DNA of 64,000 bases, from positions 1 to 64,000 of IMG/VR virus record IMGVR_UViG_3300036981_000286. One strand, given 5' to 3'. The position numbers were made by a program, and so were the translations under genes. The DNA comes from a virus. This document shows, in pieces, positions 55,600-64,000 of this stretch. Under the pieces are notes generated by a model, which made no database searches, was not told the origin of the DNA, and saw only the letters and a list, made by a program, of their open reading frames with translations. Positions within the stretch are counted from its first letter, which is position 1; each line of letters opens with the position of its first letter.

Positions 55600-55634
55600 C
55601 AATTTAATTATTGCGATTCGTCGTGATAAGATAC

Positions 55635-55667
55635 AAAGGCTGGCCTTCGGGTCAGCCTTTTATTTTT
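55635..55667 (+). terminator. Intrinsic terminator closing the capsid operon
   Basis: aaaggctggcc-ttcg-ggtcagccttt then T-rich tail. Confidence 0.85.
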
Positions 55668-55684
55668 CCCCAATGAGGTGAAAC

Positions 55685-56692
55685 ATGGTCGTAATTGCGA
55701 CTCCCGGCACGCCGCCCGCTGCCCCGTGCTGCAATGTAAACGAACTGGCGCCATCGCCGCCTACCCCTGTATCCGCCGTTACACAAAACGTCGTCAGCGC
55801 GCCTGTTTCGACTGTTAACGGCCAGCCCGTTCTGACCCGAATGCGCGCTATCAGCATTAATCAGGGGCAGTGCGCAACAATTGACTGGCAATTGCACGAT
55901 AACGCAGGTCACCCTGTAGATCTGACAACCGTTGGATTTAGCACGGGGGCGGCGCAGGTTGCGGGGTACGCGATTACGCTTCGAGTAAAGGAGCAGATCA
56001 CGCTGGGCAACCAGCAGGCTCCGACAGAGCTAATCGGGCAAGTGACCGACGCCGCGGTGGGCAAGGTGCAGTTTGCCCTTACAGCAGCCATGGTAGCGTT
56101 TCCGGGCATATACTACGCCGAAGCTGCGCTGATGACGGTAAGTGAAGACCCGGCAGTATCCCCGTGCGTAGTTTTCTCAAATATCTTCTCGTTAATCATT
56201 TCGCGGAGCTTGCACGGAAACGCTACGCCAGACGGTCCGCCCTCGATAGCCGAAATCAGGTTGCACCTCCGCGACTCTGCTCCCGGCGAAAGCTTTCTGC
56301 TCGATAACTTAATGTTTGATGACGCGGAAATTGCTTTGGCTATCCAGCGGCCTGTGCAGTACTGGAATGAAGTTCCGCCGCCAATCGGCACGTTCACGAC
56401 GCAGAATTTTCCGTTTAGATATCATTGGCTTGAAGGCATTTGCGCTAATTTGTTTTTTATGGTGGCGGAGCAGTATCGCCGTAATCAGTTAGATTACTCA
56501 GCGGGCGGGGTGCAGATTAGCGACCAAAATAAAGAAGCTAATTACGAGCGCGCCGGGCAGGCTCGGTGGCAAACTTACCGAGAATGGGTGCGCGGTAAAA
56601 AGGCGTCCATTAACCTCGAGGGCGGCTACGGCGAGGTGGGCTCTTTATATCAATACGGCGCATACTCGTCAGGTATTCGCTCGCGTTATTAA
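55685..56692 (+). CDS. Putative head-tail adaptor/neck protein with N-terminal Ig/BppU-like domain
   Basis: PVDLT...GKVQFALT...PGIYYAE; C-terminal IRLHLRD...N.L.YSAGGVQI.D; position after capsid. Confidence 0.55.
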   Translation: MVVIATPGTPPAAPCCNVNELAPSPPTPVSAVTQNVVSAPVSTVNGQPVLTRMRAISINQGQCATIDWQLHDNAGHPVDLTTVGFSTGAAQVAGYAITLRVKEQITLGNQQAPTELIGQVTDAAVGKVQFALTAAMVAFPGIYYAEAALMTVSEDPAVSPCVVFSNIFSLIISRSLHGNATPDGPPSIAEIRLHLRDSAPGESFLLDNLMFDDAEIALAIQRPVQYWNEVPPPIGTFTTQNFPFRYHWLEGICANLFFMVAEQYRRNQLDYSAGGVQISDQNKEANYERAGQARWQTYREWVRGKKASINLEGGYGEVGSLYQYGAYSSGIRSRY

Positions 56693-56716
56693 CAGCTAAA
56701 AAACGCGCAAAAAAGC

Positions 56717-56728
56717 GGCATATTAAAT
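56717..56728 (+). promoter_or_regulatory. Putative early promoter motif GGCATATTAAAT
   Basis: Exact match to 611 and 1013, preceded by cagctaaaaaa. Confidence 0.65.
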
Positions 56729-56874
56729 AGCTAGCATTTTGTGTTAGCGTATGTCGTTTTTTGGTGCGTGTTTTTGCGCACCAAGCGGCAAGACAAGCCG
56801 GCGCTAAATTTATGGCGTCGGTTTACCTAAGGAGCGGTTATGCGTAATAACTGCATGTTCAAGGACGACAGGAG

Positions 56875-57237
56875 ATGACAATGGCAAAGAGCGCCATGCC
56901 TTGGTTGTGTGAGTGCGCGATTACGATGCGCGAAATTCGGGCCCGTATTAATTTTGGCCGTGAGCTCCGAGGACTTAGGCCGCTGACTGCACTGCGGTTT
57001 TACACCCTTCGGCAGGAGGCTGCGGAAAAGTTTCTGGACGCGCATCCGCACGGCAACAAAGGGCTGGACCGTAATCCGTTCCTTCCAGACCGGCTGATCG
57101 GAAATAACTATATCTTCAAGCCGCGGAAGGCAAATCGTTTGATTAGCCTCGGCGTGGCTGTGGAGATCAAGAACACCGGCCGAAAGCCGGGTACTCGCGT
57201 CGTATCCGGCCGAGTGCTGCAACCGGCCGGCTGCTGA
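56875..57237 (+). CDS. Basic hypothetical protein in an inserted early-type cassette
   Basis: SD aggag; Arg/Lys-rich; bounded by promoter motif and terminator. Confidence 0.65.
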   Translation: MTMAKSAMPWLCECAITMREIRARINFGRELRGLRPLTALRFYTLRQEAAEKFLDAHPHGNKGLDRNPFLPDRLIGNNYIFKPRKANRLISLGVAVEIKNTGRKPGTRVVSGRVLQPAGC

Positions 57238-57263
57238 TCTTGCTAGTTCGGCTATGTTATCTT

Positions 57264-57312
57264 AGGGGTTTCCGGTAGTCCAAGACCGCTGCCCCTTTTT
57301 TTTAGCTATCAG
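57264..57312 (+). terminator. Intrinsic terminator ending in tttagctatcag
   Basis: agggg...cccct stem with T run; same gctat end as the other cassettes. Confidence 0.65.
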
Positions 57313-57348
57313 CGCGGTCATAATAACGTTTTACTGCTTGCGCCGGTA

Positions 57349-58584
57349 ATGCCTATGTCGCTGCAAAAGTCTTACCCGTTTCGGCGCGTTTCCGTAGATC
57401 ACATGATCCGGGGCGTTACTCGCGTTTGGTGGCAGCTTGAGCCCAGTTTTAATGACCCGGGGCCGTACGTATTTCAATTGCAGACCAGCGACACCGGGCT
57501 GCCTGACGCGCATAACTGGCGCACAGTTGGGGCGCCGGTAACTAACGTCGTTTACGCTACTGACGCAAAACGCCGTAATGCCGGCGATTTAATTATTAGT
57601 CATTATCGCGTAACTTTAACAACAGCGGCTGGGGAGTACGTTTCAGCTCCGGCGTCTTGCTGGGGCGAATTGGCGGAACACGACTGGGTTACCGCGCGCG
57701 AGATTATTCGCAAAGAAACGCTGCGGCATCAAAAAGTATCGACAAGCGGCTATTTGCTTAAGATCCTGCGTTATGGCACGCCCTGCTCACGATGCCGCGA
57801 AACCCTAACGCAAGAAGCTTCCAATGGCGACTGCCCGCTCTGTTACGGCACAAATTACGAAGGCGGTTACCATCCCCCGCTCGCCATGCAGTGTTGGGAT
57901 TTAAGCCCGCAAATTATTCAAGAAGATTCAGACGACAAGCTTCGTGGCTCTACACGCGAGAATCCCGTTGTCACAGCGCGCGTCATAGGTTTCCCGGGCT
58001 TGAATTACCGCGATATTTGGGTTAACGACAAAACTGACGAACGGTGGCGAATTGACGACATAAAGGTCGTAGCGGCTATCCGTGGCGTACCGCTTATTTA
58101 TGAAGTCATCATGGGTTTAATCCCGTTTGCCAACATAGCGTATACAATACAGTTAGCGCACGACGAGCCAGATTACCCAGACGTGCCGATTCTCGGTACC
58201 GGGTGCGTCGCGGTAACTTCCAGCTACAACGGCGGCGACCTGCGATACCGCACGGCTGAAGACAACCCCGTCGCCGGCGCATACGTATTTGCGTTTGAAA
58301 AAGAAACGTTTGACGAGTCAGAACCGCAATTCCCTCCTCGAAACCGCGCAGTAGCCGCCACAACTACAGACGCAAATGGCGACTGGACTTCGACGCTTCA
58401 TTTAAATCACGGCCCTCACGTATTACTGTATGAAAAGCATCACGAGTACGGGCCTGACACAAAAGAACTAGTTATTTCGCATTTGTCTAGCAGTTCCTCT
58501 AGCGGCGCCTCGAACGCCTCGGCTAGCAGCTCCTCGTCGTCATCGGCGTCAAAACGCAAAGTTAACAATTTTTGGGATATTTAA
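57349..58584 (+). CDS. Putative head-closure/neck protein with zinc finger
   Basis: CSRC...CPLCYGT.Y.GGY; position between adaptor and tail terminator; Ser-rich tail. Confidence 0.55.
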   Translation: MPMSLQKSYPFRRVSVDHMIRGVTRVWWQLEPSFNDPGPYVFQLQTSDTGLPDAHNWRTVGAPVTNVVYATDAKRRNAGDLIISHYRVTLTTAAGEYVSAPASCWGELAEHDWVTAREIIRKETLRHQKVSTSGYLLKILRYGTPCSRCRETLTQEASNGDCPLCYGTNYEGGYHPPLAMQCWDLSPQIIQEDSDDKLRGSTRENPVVTARVIGFPGLNYRDIWVNDKTDERWRIDDIKVVAAIRGVPLIYEVIMGLIPFANIAYTIQLAHDEPDYPDVPILGTGCVAVTSSYNGGDLRYRTAEDNPVAGAYVFAFEKETFDESEPQFPPRNRAVAATTTDANGDWTSTLHLNHGPHVLLYEKHHEYGPDTKELVISHLSSSSSSGASNASASSSSSSSASKRKVNNFWDI

Positions 58585-58757
58585 TGACTGCCGAAAACGA
58601 CGATAAAATAAAATTGCAGCAGACTATTCGGCTATTAGATAAACCGTTAAAATTTGCGGATAAGCCAATAAAACTTATCGAGCCAATTAAAATTCGCCTT
58701 GAGCCCCAAACAGACGATTTTTTAAAGAATTACCTACAAAATGTCAGACGAAGATAA
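58584..58757 (+). CDS. Small hypothetical protein
   Basis: TAATG overlap; DKP(L/I)K repeats. Confidence 0.45.
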   Translation: MTAENDDKIKLQQTIRLLDKPLKFADKPIKLIEPIKIRLEPQTDDFLKNYLQNVRRR

Positions 58758-59424
58758 CTGCCCGCTTGACCGCGTCCCGGAAGACCGCATTGCGCGCGTA
58801 AGCTCACTCTGCTCTTACGGCATGCGCCCGCACGTCGTGACTGGCCTTTTACGCCAGCTGCTCATCGCGCACTTCTCCGACGCAAATAACATAGAAGAGC
58901 CGCAGCTTCGTCAGAAATTTATTGACGAGGGCCCGTGGGTTAAAAACGAAAACGGTCTGAGCAACAGCAGCATACTTATTGAAAGTATTACCCGCTGGCT
59001 CCCGAACGAAGCCGACAACCGCCCCGCTATCCTTATTAAAAGAGGCAGCTGGGCGTGGAAAAGAACCGGGATAGGCGATCAGGCTGGCGCTAATGTTTTT
59101 AGCGGTTCTAGTCAGTATCATGGTTTGTGGGAGGGTAGTCATACGTTATACTGTTTAGCGTTAACTGGCCTAGAAGCTGAGTTATTAACAGTCGAAGTTG
59201 TTAAATTTTTACAGCACTTCGGCCCATGGATTCGCGAGCAGATGGGGTTTATGCGCTTCATTGTTAGCGAAGTGGGCGGAATAGGTGAGGTGCAAGAGGT
59301 GGTACAGGGCTATGCCGTACCTGTTACCGTAGCATATGTGGCCGAGGAGTCTTGGGAGCTCCAGCCCGCTGCGCCGCGACTTAAGCGGTTTGTCCTAAAG
59401 GCGTCTGAATTGTTTGCGTGCTAG
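58741..59424 (+). CDS. Putative tail terminator/completion protein
   Basis: RPAILIKRG motif; immediately upstream of the sheath. Confidence 0.5.
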   Translation: MSDEDNCPLDRVPEDRIARVSSLCSYGMRPHVVTGLLRQLLIAHFSDANNIEEPQLRQKFIDEGPWVKNENGLSNSSILIESITRWLPNEADNRPAILIKRGSWAWKRTGIGDQAGANVFSGSSQYHGLWEGSHTLYCLALTGLEAELLTVEVVKFLQHFGPWIREQMGFMRFIVSEVGGIGEVQEVVQGYAVPVTVAYVAEESWELQPAAPRLKRFVLKASELFAC

Positions 59425-59530
59425 AAACCAACTTCATAAACTTTGTGTAGGTGCTTTTTTTGAAGTTACCGGTTACTTATACTGAGTACCAGAGCACCGA
59501 CCACAGCATTACGGCATGGAGAGCTTTAAT

Positions 59531-62419
59531 ATGGCATACGTAAAACCGCAGGTTCTTGTCTTTCAGGAATTCACTATTGTTCCGACGGAAATCACTGAAC
59601 CGCTGCGCGCACACATTTCCGGCCCGAATGCGATCCTGCATCGCTATTTAAATGCGTCTGAAAAGGCCCTGTCCGGCCTCGGCGCTTACAATTCGGCCGT
59701 TGATACAAATTACGCCTACCCGCAGCGTCGGGCTGGCTCCAAGGTCGATAACGCTTACGTCAAGCTATTTGCTGATAACGCGCTGCTGCGTTACCTCGAG
59801 CACACCACAGCCAGCGCGGACACGGTTGTTCGCGCGGTCGACGGTAAGCGTAACTGGGTCGAAGCTGTCTCGGCAAATGAGATTGGCTCGCCGTTGTATT
59901 TCAAGGCGAACGGAACATTTGAGCTTAGCGGCGCGTTCTACGACCGCGATGTAAAAATTGGTGACGTGGTCCGCCTGCGCGGCATCGTCGATAGCGGCGA
60001 GACATGCGTAGAGAAAACTTTAGAGACAAGCGTTGCCGGTTTTGCCAGCGAGACGGTTGCCTCTGTAATTAACGCCGCAGTAATGGACAGCGGTAACGCC
60101 GCTGATTTTCTTTCAGAGGGCGGCAACGAAGTGCTGGACAGCGGGCAAATTTCTGGCCCGGTTAATTGCGTTGAAATTTCTGATATTGACGCTAGCGAGT
60201 ATGACGGCATTGTTGACGGCGCTCTTAACGAGACGTACACAATTGAAGTAATTAATTCGTCAGTTGCGGGCTGCACAGGTACGCGTATGCGCGTGCGCTC
60301 GGCCAGCGGCCTTGACGATGTTGCCGAGTTAAACCCCGGCAACATCGGGGACGAAATTGTAATCGGCGCGCGTGGGTTAAAAGTTACATTTAGCGCTCCC
60401 GCGAGCCCTACGTGCACAGCGGCAGCCGCTGCGGCTGATATCGTTGCGAATAACTTTGTGATTGGGCAGAAGTGGAGCATCACTGTTCGGCAGGACTTCA
60501 CCAAAGTGCGCGCAAAGTCGAACATCAGCGGCAGCTACACTGGCAACTACAACGACACGTATATTTTAGAGTGCGTGAAGGGCGGCTACATCTCCGGCGG
60601 CGGGGAGGGCGACACGCCGCCGCAGGTAAGCGTCCGCACAACCAAGGGCCTCGATTACGCGGCGCCTTTTGAGGTAACGAGCTCTGGCACCGCAGCCGGT
60701 AATTACTTTCCGGTAGGCCAGTACGGCGTAAGCGTTGCTTTCGTAGCCAACAGCGACGGAACATCACCGATTACGGCCATGGTTAAAGGCGATAAGTGGT
60801 ACGTTTCTGTAGTGGCCAGCACGGCCGGCGCTGTAAACAAGCTTATCCTCCGCGACAATCTCCCGACCGACATGCTGGATATTACCAGTCTGGACATGAG
60901 CCTATTCATCAAAGATGATATTCAAATTTCTGAGAATCGGCTGAACACGACTTCGGGCGTTAATTACGAGCTGGAAGCTACTCAGATTGTTGTTAAGTCT
61001 GGCATGACCGCGTTCCATCCCGAGTGGACGGACGCAGGCACCGCGCTACCGCTGCCTGTTGTGCGTGGGCAGCTGTACCTTGAGTACCGCGAATGGGTTG
61101 CTGATCTGTGCGACACGGTAGAGTCTATTTCAAGCGTCGGCGACCTTGACGTTATCCCTGGCCAGCTTGACCCTGATAACCCGCTAAAGTGGGGCGTTTT
61201 CAAAGCGCTCTCAAACTCAAACGGAACAGCCGTTAAGTACACGGGCGTATGCGAGCCTGACGATCTGGACAGCTGGGCCGAGGTACTTGAGCGGCTCACG
61301 GGTCGCGACGATCTGTATAACCTCGTGCCGATGACGTTCAACAAGCAGGTGCAGGCGCTATACGCAGCGCACATCAATAACGAGTCGAATGAAATCGCGA
61401 ATAACTGGAAGGCCGGGTTCTTCGGCATTCAGTCCACTGCGACCAAACTCGTAGTCGGCGAGGGCGCGGCCATCGGCGGCGTTTCCGGCAATGTGTCTGA
61501 CGCAGTGCTTGCGACTGTCAGCGATAACGACACTGCGAGCGGTGACCAGTTCACGCTGCTTCTAGTAGAAGAGAACAACAGCTACTTTATTACAAACGGA
61601 GTGGTTCCGGGCGACATCGTTCGCTACGGTTTCGCGGTTAACGGTTTTGGCGAGACAACGTACAGCGAGTACGTTGTTGACGAAGTGCTCTCTGAGAACT
61701 CGCTGCTGCTTTACACAGGTACCGGAGCCCCGGTGACTGAAGCTGAGCGCGTTGAAGTTTGGCACAACCTGAGCCGCACAGAGATGGCCGACGATATTGC
61801 CACGCAAGCTGGTGCTTGGGGCAATCGGCGGATCGTCGCGGTATGGCCTGATCAGGTTGGTTCCGCCGGTCGTCTGCAGCCCGGGTATTATCTGGCGGCC
61901 GCGCTCGGTGGTCTTGTGTCCGGTGTTGTACCGCATCAAGGCATGACAAACGTTGAAGTTGCGGGTTTTGACGACTACACGCGCTCGTACAAGATGTTTA
62001 ACGAGACGCAGCTTAACCGTATGGCCGAAGCTGGCGTGTGGATCGTAACAGAGGATCGAGACGGCACGCCGTTCACGCGGCACGGCCTCACGACCGACAA
62101 CCTCGACCTCAACCGCCGAGAAGAGATGATTCGACGTAACGTTGACTCGCTGTCGTACCTGTTCCTGCGTCGTCTGCGCCCGTACATCGGCCGCACAAAC
62201 GCCACGCCCGGAATGGTCGACTACATCGTGAATCGCGTTAACGAAATCCTCGATTTTCTCGCGACAAGCGGTTACACAGCAGAGCTTGGCTCGCAGTTAA
62301 TAAGCGGCGAAATCCGCGTGCTGCGTATTCACCCACTGCTCAAAGACCGGATCGAGGTCGTGCTTGATTTGGTCGTGCCCGCGCCGTTGAACAATATTGA
62401 ACTTCACTTGGTCGTATGA
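59531..62419 (+). CDS. Contractile tail sheath protein
   Basis: MAYVKPQVLVFQE start; C-terminal PGYYLAAA.GG...PHQGMTN, QLNRMAEAGVWIV, RHGLTT, E.IRRNVD, PAPLNNIEL. Confidence 0.85.
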   Translation: MAYVKPQVLVFQEFTIVPTEITEPLRAHISGPNAILHRYLNASEKALSGLGAYNSAVDTNYAYPQRRAGSKVDNAYVKLFADNALLRYLEHTTASADTVVRAVDGKRNWVEAVSANEIGSPLYFKANGTFELSGAFYDRDVKIGDVVRLRGIVDSGETCVEKTLETSVAGFASETVASVINAAVMDSGNAADFLSEGGNEVLDSGQISGPVNCVEISDIDASEYDGIVDGALNETYTIEVINSSVAGCTGTRMRVRSASGLDDVAELNPGNIGDEIVIGARGLKVTFSAPASPTCTAAAAAADIVANNFVIGQKWSITVRQDFTKVRAKSNISGSYTGNYNDTYILECVKGGYISGGGEGDTPPQVSVRTTKGLDYAAPFEVTSSGTAAGNYFPVGQYGVSVAFVANSDGTSPITAMVKGDKWYVSVVASTAGAVNKLILRDNLPTDMLDITSLDMSLFIKDDIQISENRLNTTSGVNYELEATQIVVKSGMTAFHPEWTDAGTALPLPVVRGQLYLEYREWVADLCDTVESISSVGDLDVIPGQLDPDNPLKWGVFKALSNSNGTAVKYTGVCEPDDLDSWAEVLERLTGRDDLYNLVPMTFNKQVQALYAAHINNESNEIANNWKAGFFGIQSTATKLVVGEGAAIGGVSGNVSDAVLATVSDNDTASGDQFTLLLVEENNSYFITNGVVPGDIVRYGFAVNGFGETTYSEYVVDEVLSENSLLLYTGTGAPVTEAERVEVWHNLSRTEMADDIATQAGAWGNRRIVAVWPDQVGSAGRLQPGYYLAAALGGLVSGVVPHQGMTNVEVAGFDDYTRSYKMFNETQLNRMAEAGVWIVTEDRDGTPFTRHGLTTDNLDLNRREEMIRRNVDSLSYLFLRRLRPYIGRTNATPGMVDYIVNRVNEILDFLATSGYTAELGSQLISGEIRVLRIHPLLKDRIEVVLDLVVPAPLNNIELHLVV

Positions 62420-62459
62420 TTTAACGGCGAATCAAACAACAAAGCAACGGAGCTAGAAT

Positions 62460-63008
62460 ATGGCAGATAGAGCAAATATTTTTGAAACCAAAGACCAGAC
62501 AATTGGCGGCGCATTTACCGCTGAAAATTGCACGCTGGACCTTGGCGGCACTACCGGTGCCATTGTACAACGCGTGCAATTCAACATCGAGCGGCCGATC
62601 AACTTTGTTTATGAGATCAGCCCGGAGAACTCCGCTGGACAAAACGTCTATTACATCGGCGGGCGGCGACGAGGCCAGGCCACGTTTGAGCGCGTCGTAG
62701 GCGGCTCAGGTACGTTTAAAGCATTTATCGATAACTATGGACCTTTGTGCGCAGCGAAGGGTGCAGACATTATACTTAAAGCTAAGGGCGGGTGCGCGAT
62801 TGGCGGCAGCAGCCCCCTCGCCAACAGCAAAACGATTACGTACACCCTCAAAGTCCCGAAGATCACAGCGCTAGGCGGTAGCGTATCGGCACAAGATATC
62901 ATAATCATGGAGACGGTGCAGATGGTCTTCCTTGAGCTGAAGTACGAAGAGACAGCCGCCGGCGGTGGTGCGGAACGCGGCGGCGGCGAGATCGGGGCGA
63001 CTATTTAA
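62460..63008 (+). CDS. Tail tube protein
   Basis: Follows the sheath; IVQRVQFNIERPINFVYEI...YYIGG...GQATFERVVG. Confidence 0.7.
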   Translation: MADRANIFETKDQTIGGAFTAENCTLDLGGTTGAIVQRVQFNIERPINFVYEISPENSAGQNVYYIGGRRRGQATFERVVGGSGTFKAFIDNYGPLCAAKGADIILKAKGGCAIGGSSPLANSKTITYTLKVPKITALGGSVSAQDIIIMETVQMVFLELKYEETAAGGGAERGGGEIGATI

Positions 63009-63021
63009 TTACAAAACCAAG

Positions 63022-63052
63022 AGCGGCGGTTGCTTAAAACACAGCCGCCGCT
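63022..63052 (+). terminator. Probable terminator hairpin
   Basis: agcggcggttg...cagccgccgct. Confidence 0.55.
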
Positions 63053-63113
63053 TATGGTATTGGGCAGTAATGCCCGGGGCTTCGGCCCATAACCTGACCC
63101 TAGTGGTTGTAAA

Positions 63114-64000
63114 ATGCTCGATAGACGAAATCGCGCAGAGCCGTTGCCGGGCTCTGGTGAGCGCGAGCACCGCTTAGAGACTGTAGCAGGCAGCAAAGGC
63201 GGCTCGACAGCTCACGAAAGTAATTTAACGCCAACTGCCGACCCGCGCAGTCGTTACACTTCGTACGCCACAAGCTTCGGCAACAACGGCCAGCTGCTCA
63301 TCGGCGAGATCGTAGACGGCACGCCGTTAGCTAATTGCTACCGCGTGCAGTTTGAGCGCGGGACAATGCCGATTATCTGCACTGAAATAGGCGGCACCAG
63401 TCAGACATCTATCGGCGCCGTAGAAATTAAAGCTTACGTTCCCGGCACCTTAGTGCTGGCTTACAGGCATAATACGCAACCGCACGGGCTTATTTTTGGC
63501 GTGGTGCCCGAGCCAGCGACAGTCGGCCGAGAATCTGTTCACGACTGGATTACGCAAGCGTCCAGAAACCGGGTAGATGAAGCGCAAAAACGTTATCTTA
63601 ACATGGTAGATAGCGGCGGCCTTGCTAACTACAGCTGCTGGAAACCTTTTGACGGCACGCAGGCTGGCGAGTGGGGCGCGATTACGACTACCGGGCTGAA
63701 AGTCACACTTGACGATTTTATGGTCCAGATGGCCGTAAATGAGTTTACGGGTGTATTTGGTTTCTATCACGATCAGCTATTGCGCGTCAGCGGTTACAAC
63801 CTGCAAACGTGGACTGCCGGCCACGAACGTGACGCGTTCATGGACGAGGCAGAATATAACGATACGCAGGGTTATTCGCCGTATCCTTGGGAAGCGATGG
63901 GCGCGCTGAATCCCGGACAAGATATTATTCAAGAATATGAGCACAATACGTTTGCGGTCTCAGGCGGACGGCCGTATTACGCGCACTGGGAAAACAAATA
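63114..64000 (+). CDS. Partial gene, probable baseplate spike (gp5/VgrG-like OB fold)
   Basis: Open from ATG 63114 to the window end (not in track); IGEIVD...YRVQF...PGTLVLAY...G.IFG. Confidence 0.5.
   Translation, partial: MLDRRNRAEPLPGSGEREHRLETVAGSKGGSTAHESNLTPTADPRSRYTSYATSFGNNGQLLIGEIVDGTPLANCYRVQFERGTMPIICTEIGGTSQTSIGAVEIKAYVPGTLVLAYRHNTQPHGLIFGVVPEPATVGRESVHDWITQASRNRVDEAQKRYLNMVDSGGLANYSCWKPFDGTQAGEWGAITTTGLKVTLDDFMVQMAVNEFTGVFGFYHDQLLRVSGYNLQTWTAGHERDAFMDEAEYNDTQGYSPYPWEAMGALNPGQDIIQEYEHNTFAVSGGRPYYAHWENK

Overview
This window is a segment of a large tailed-phage (jumbo myovirus-like) genome with essentially every credible gene on the + strand. From left to right it contains: (1) promoter/terminator-bounded early cassettes and a structured ncRNA candidate (0-4.4 kb); (2) low-complexity glycine-zipper proteins and modular polyproteins mixed with auxiliary genes: trypsin-like protease, SF2 helicase polyprotein, AlkB-like dioxygenase, cupin, PhoH, ferritin-like protein, two GT9 glycosyltransferases, HAD, a homing-endonuclease-like gene, an actin-like ATPase, tRNA-Ser and tRNA-Asn; (3) a protease-rich envelope/lysis block; (4) a two-gene multisubunit RNA polymerase (beta fused to beta'-N, then beta'-C); (5) the morphogenesis module: prohead protease, scaffold-like protein, major capsid, neck, tail sheath, tube and a partial spike. 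A DUF2294 gene and CsrA-type sites suggest a Planctomycetota host (inference). The main hypotheses are: (a) a genome-wide K-x-A junction motif, often paired with an aromatic-x-F-G motif, that delimits domains in cargo polyproteins and is probably cut by the prohead protease; (b) CsrA/RsmA-type ANGGAN hairpin loops at many ribosome-binding sites plus a GGA-rich sRNA candidate; (c) early cassettes sharing a GGCATAT-NNN-AT promoter, one of which expresses only a ~350-nt structured RNA. All family calls come from motif recognition by eye; no database searches were run.
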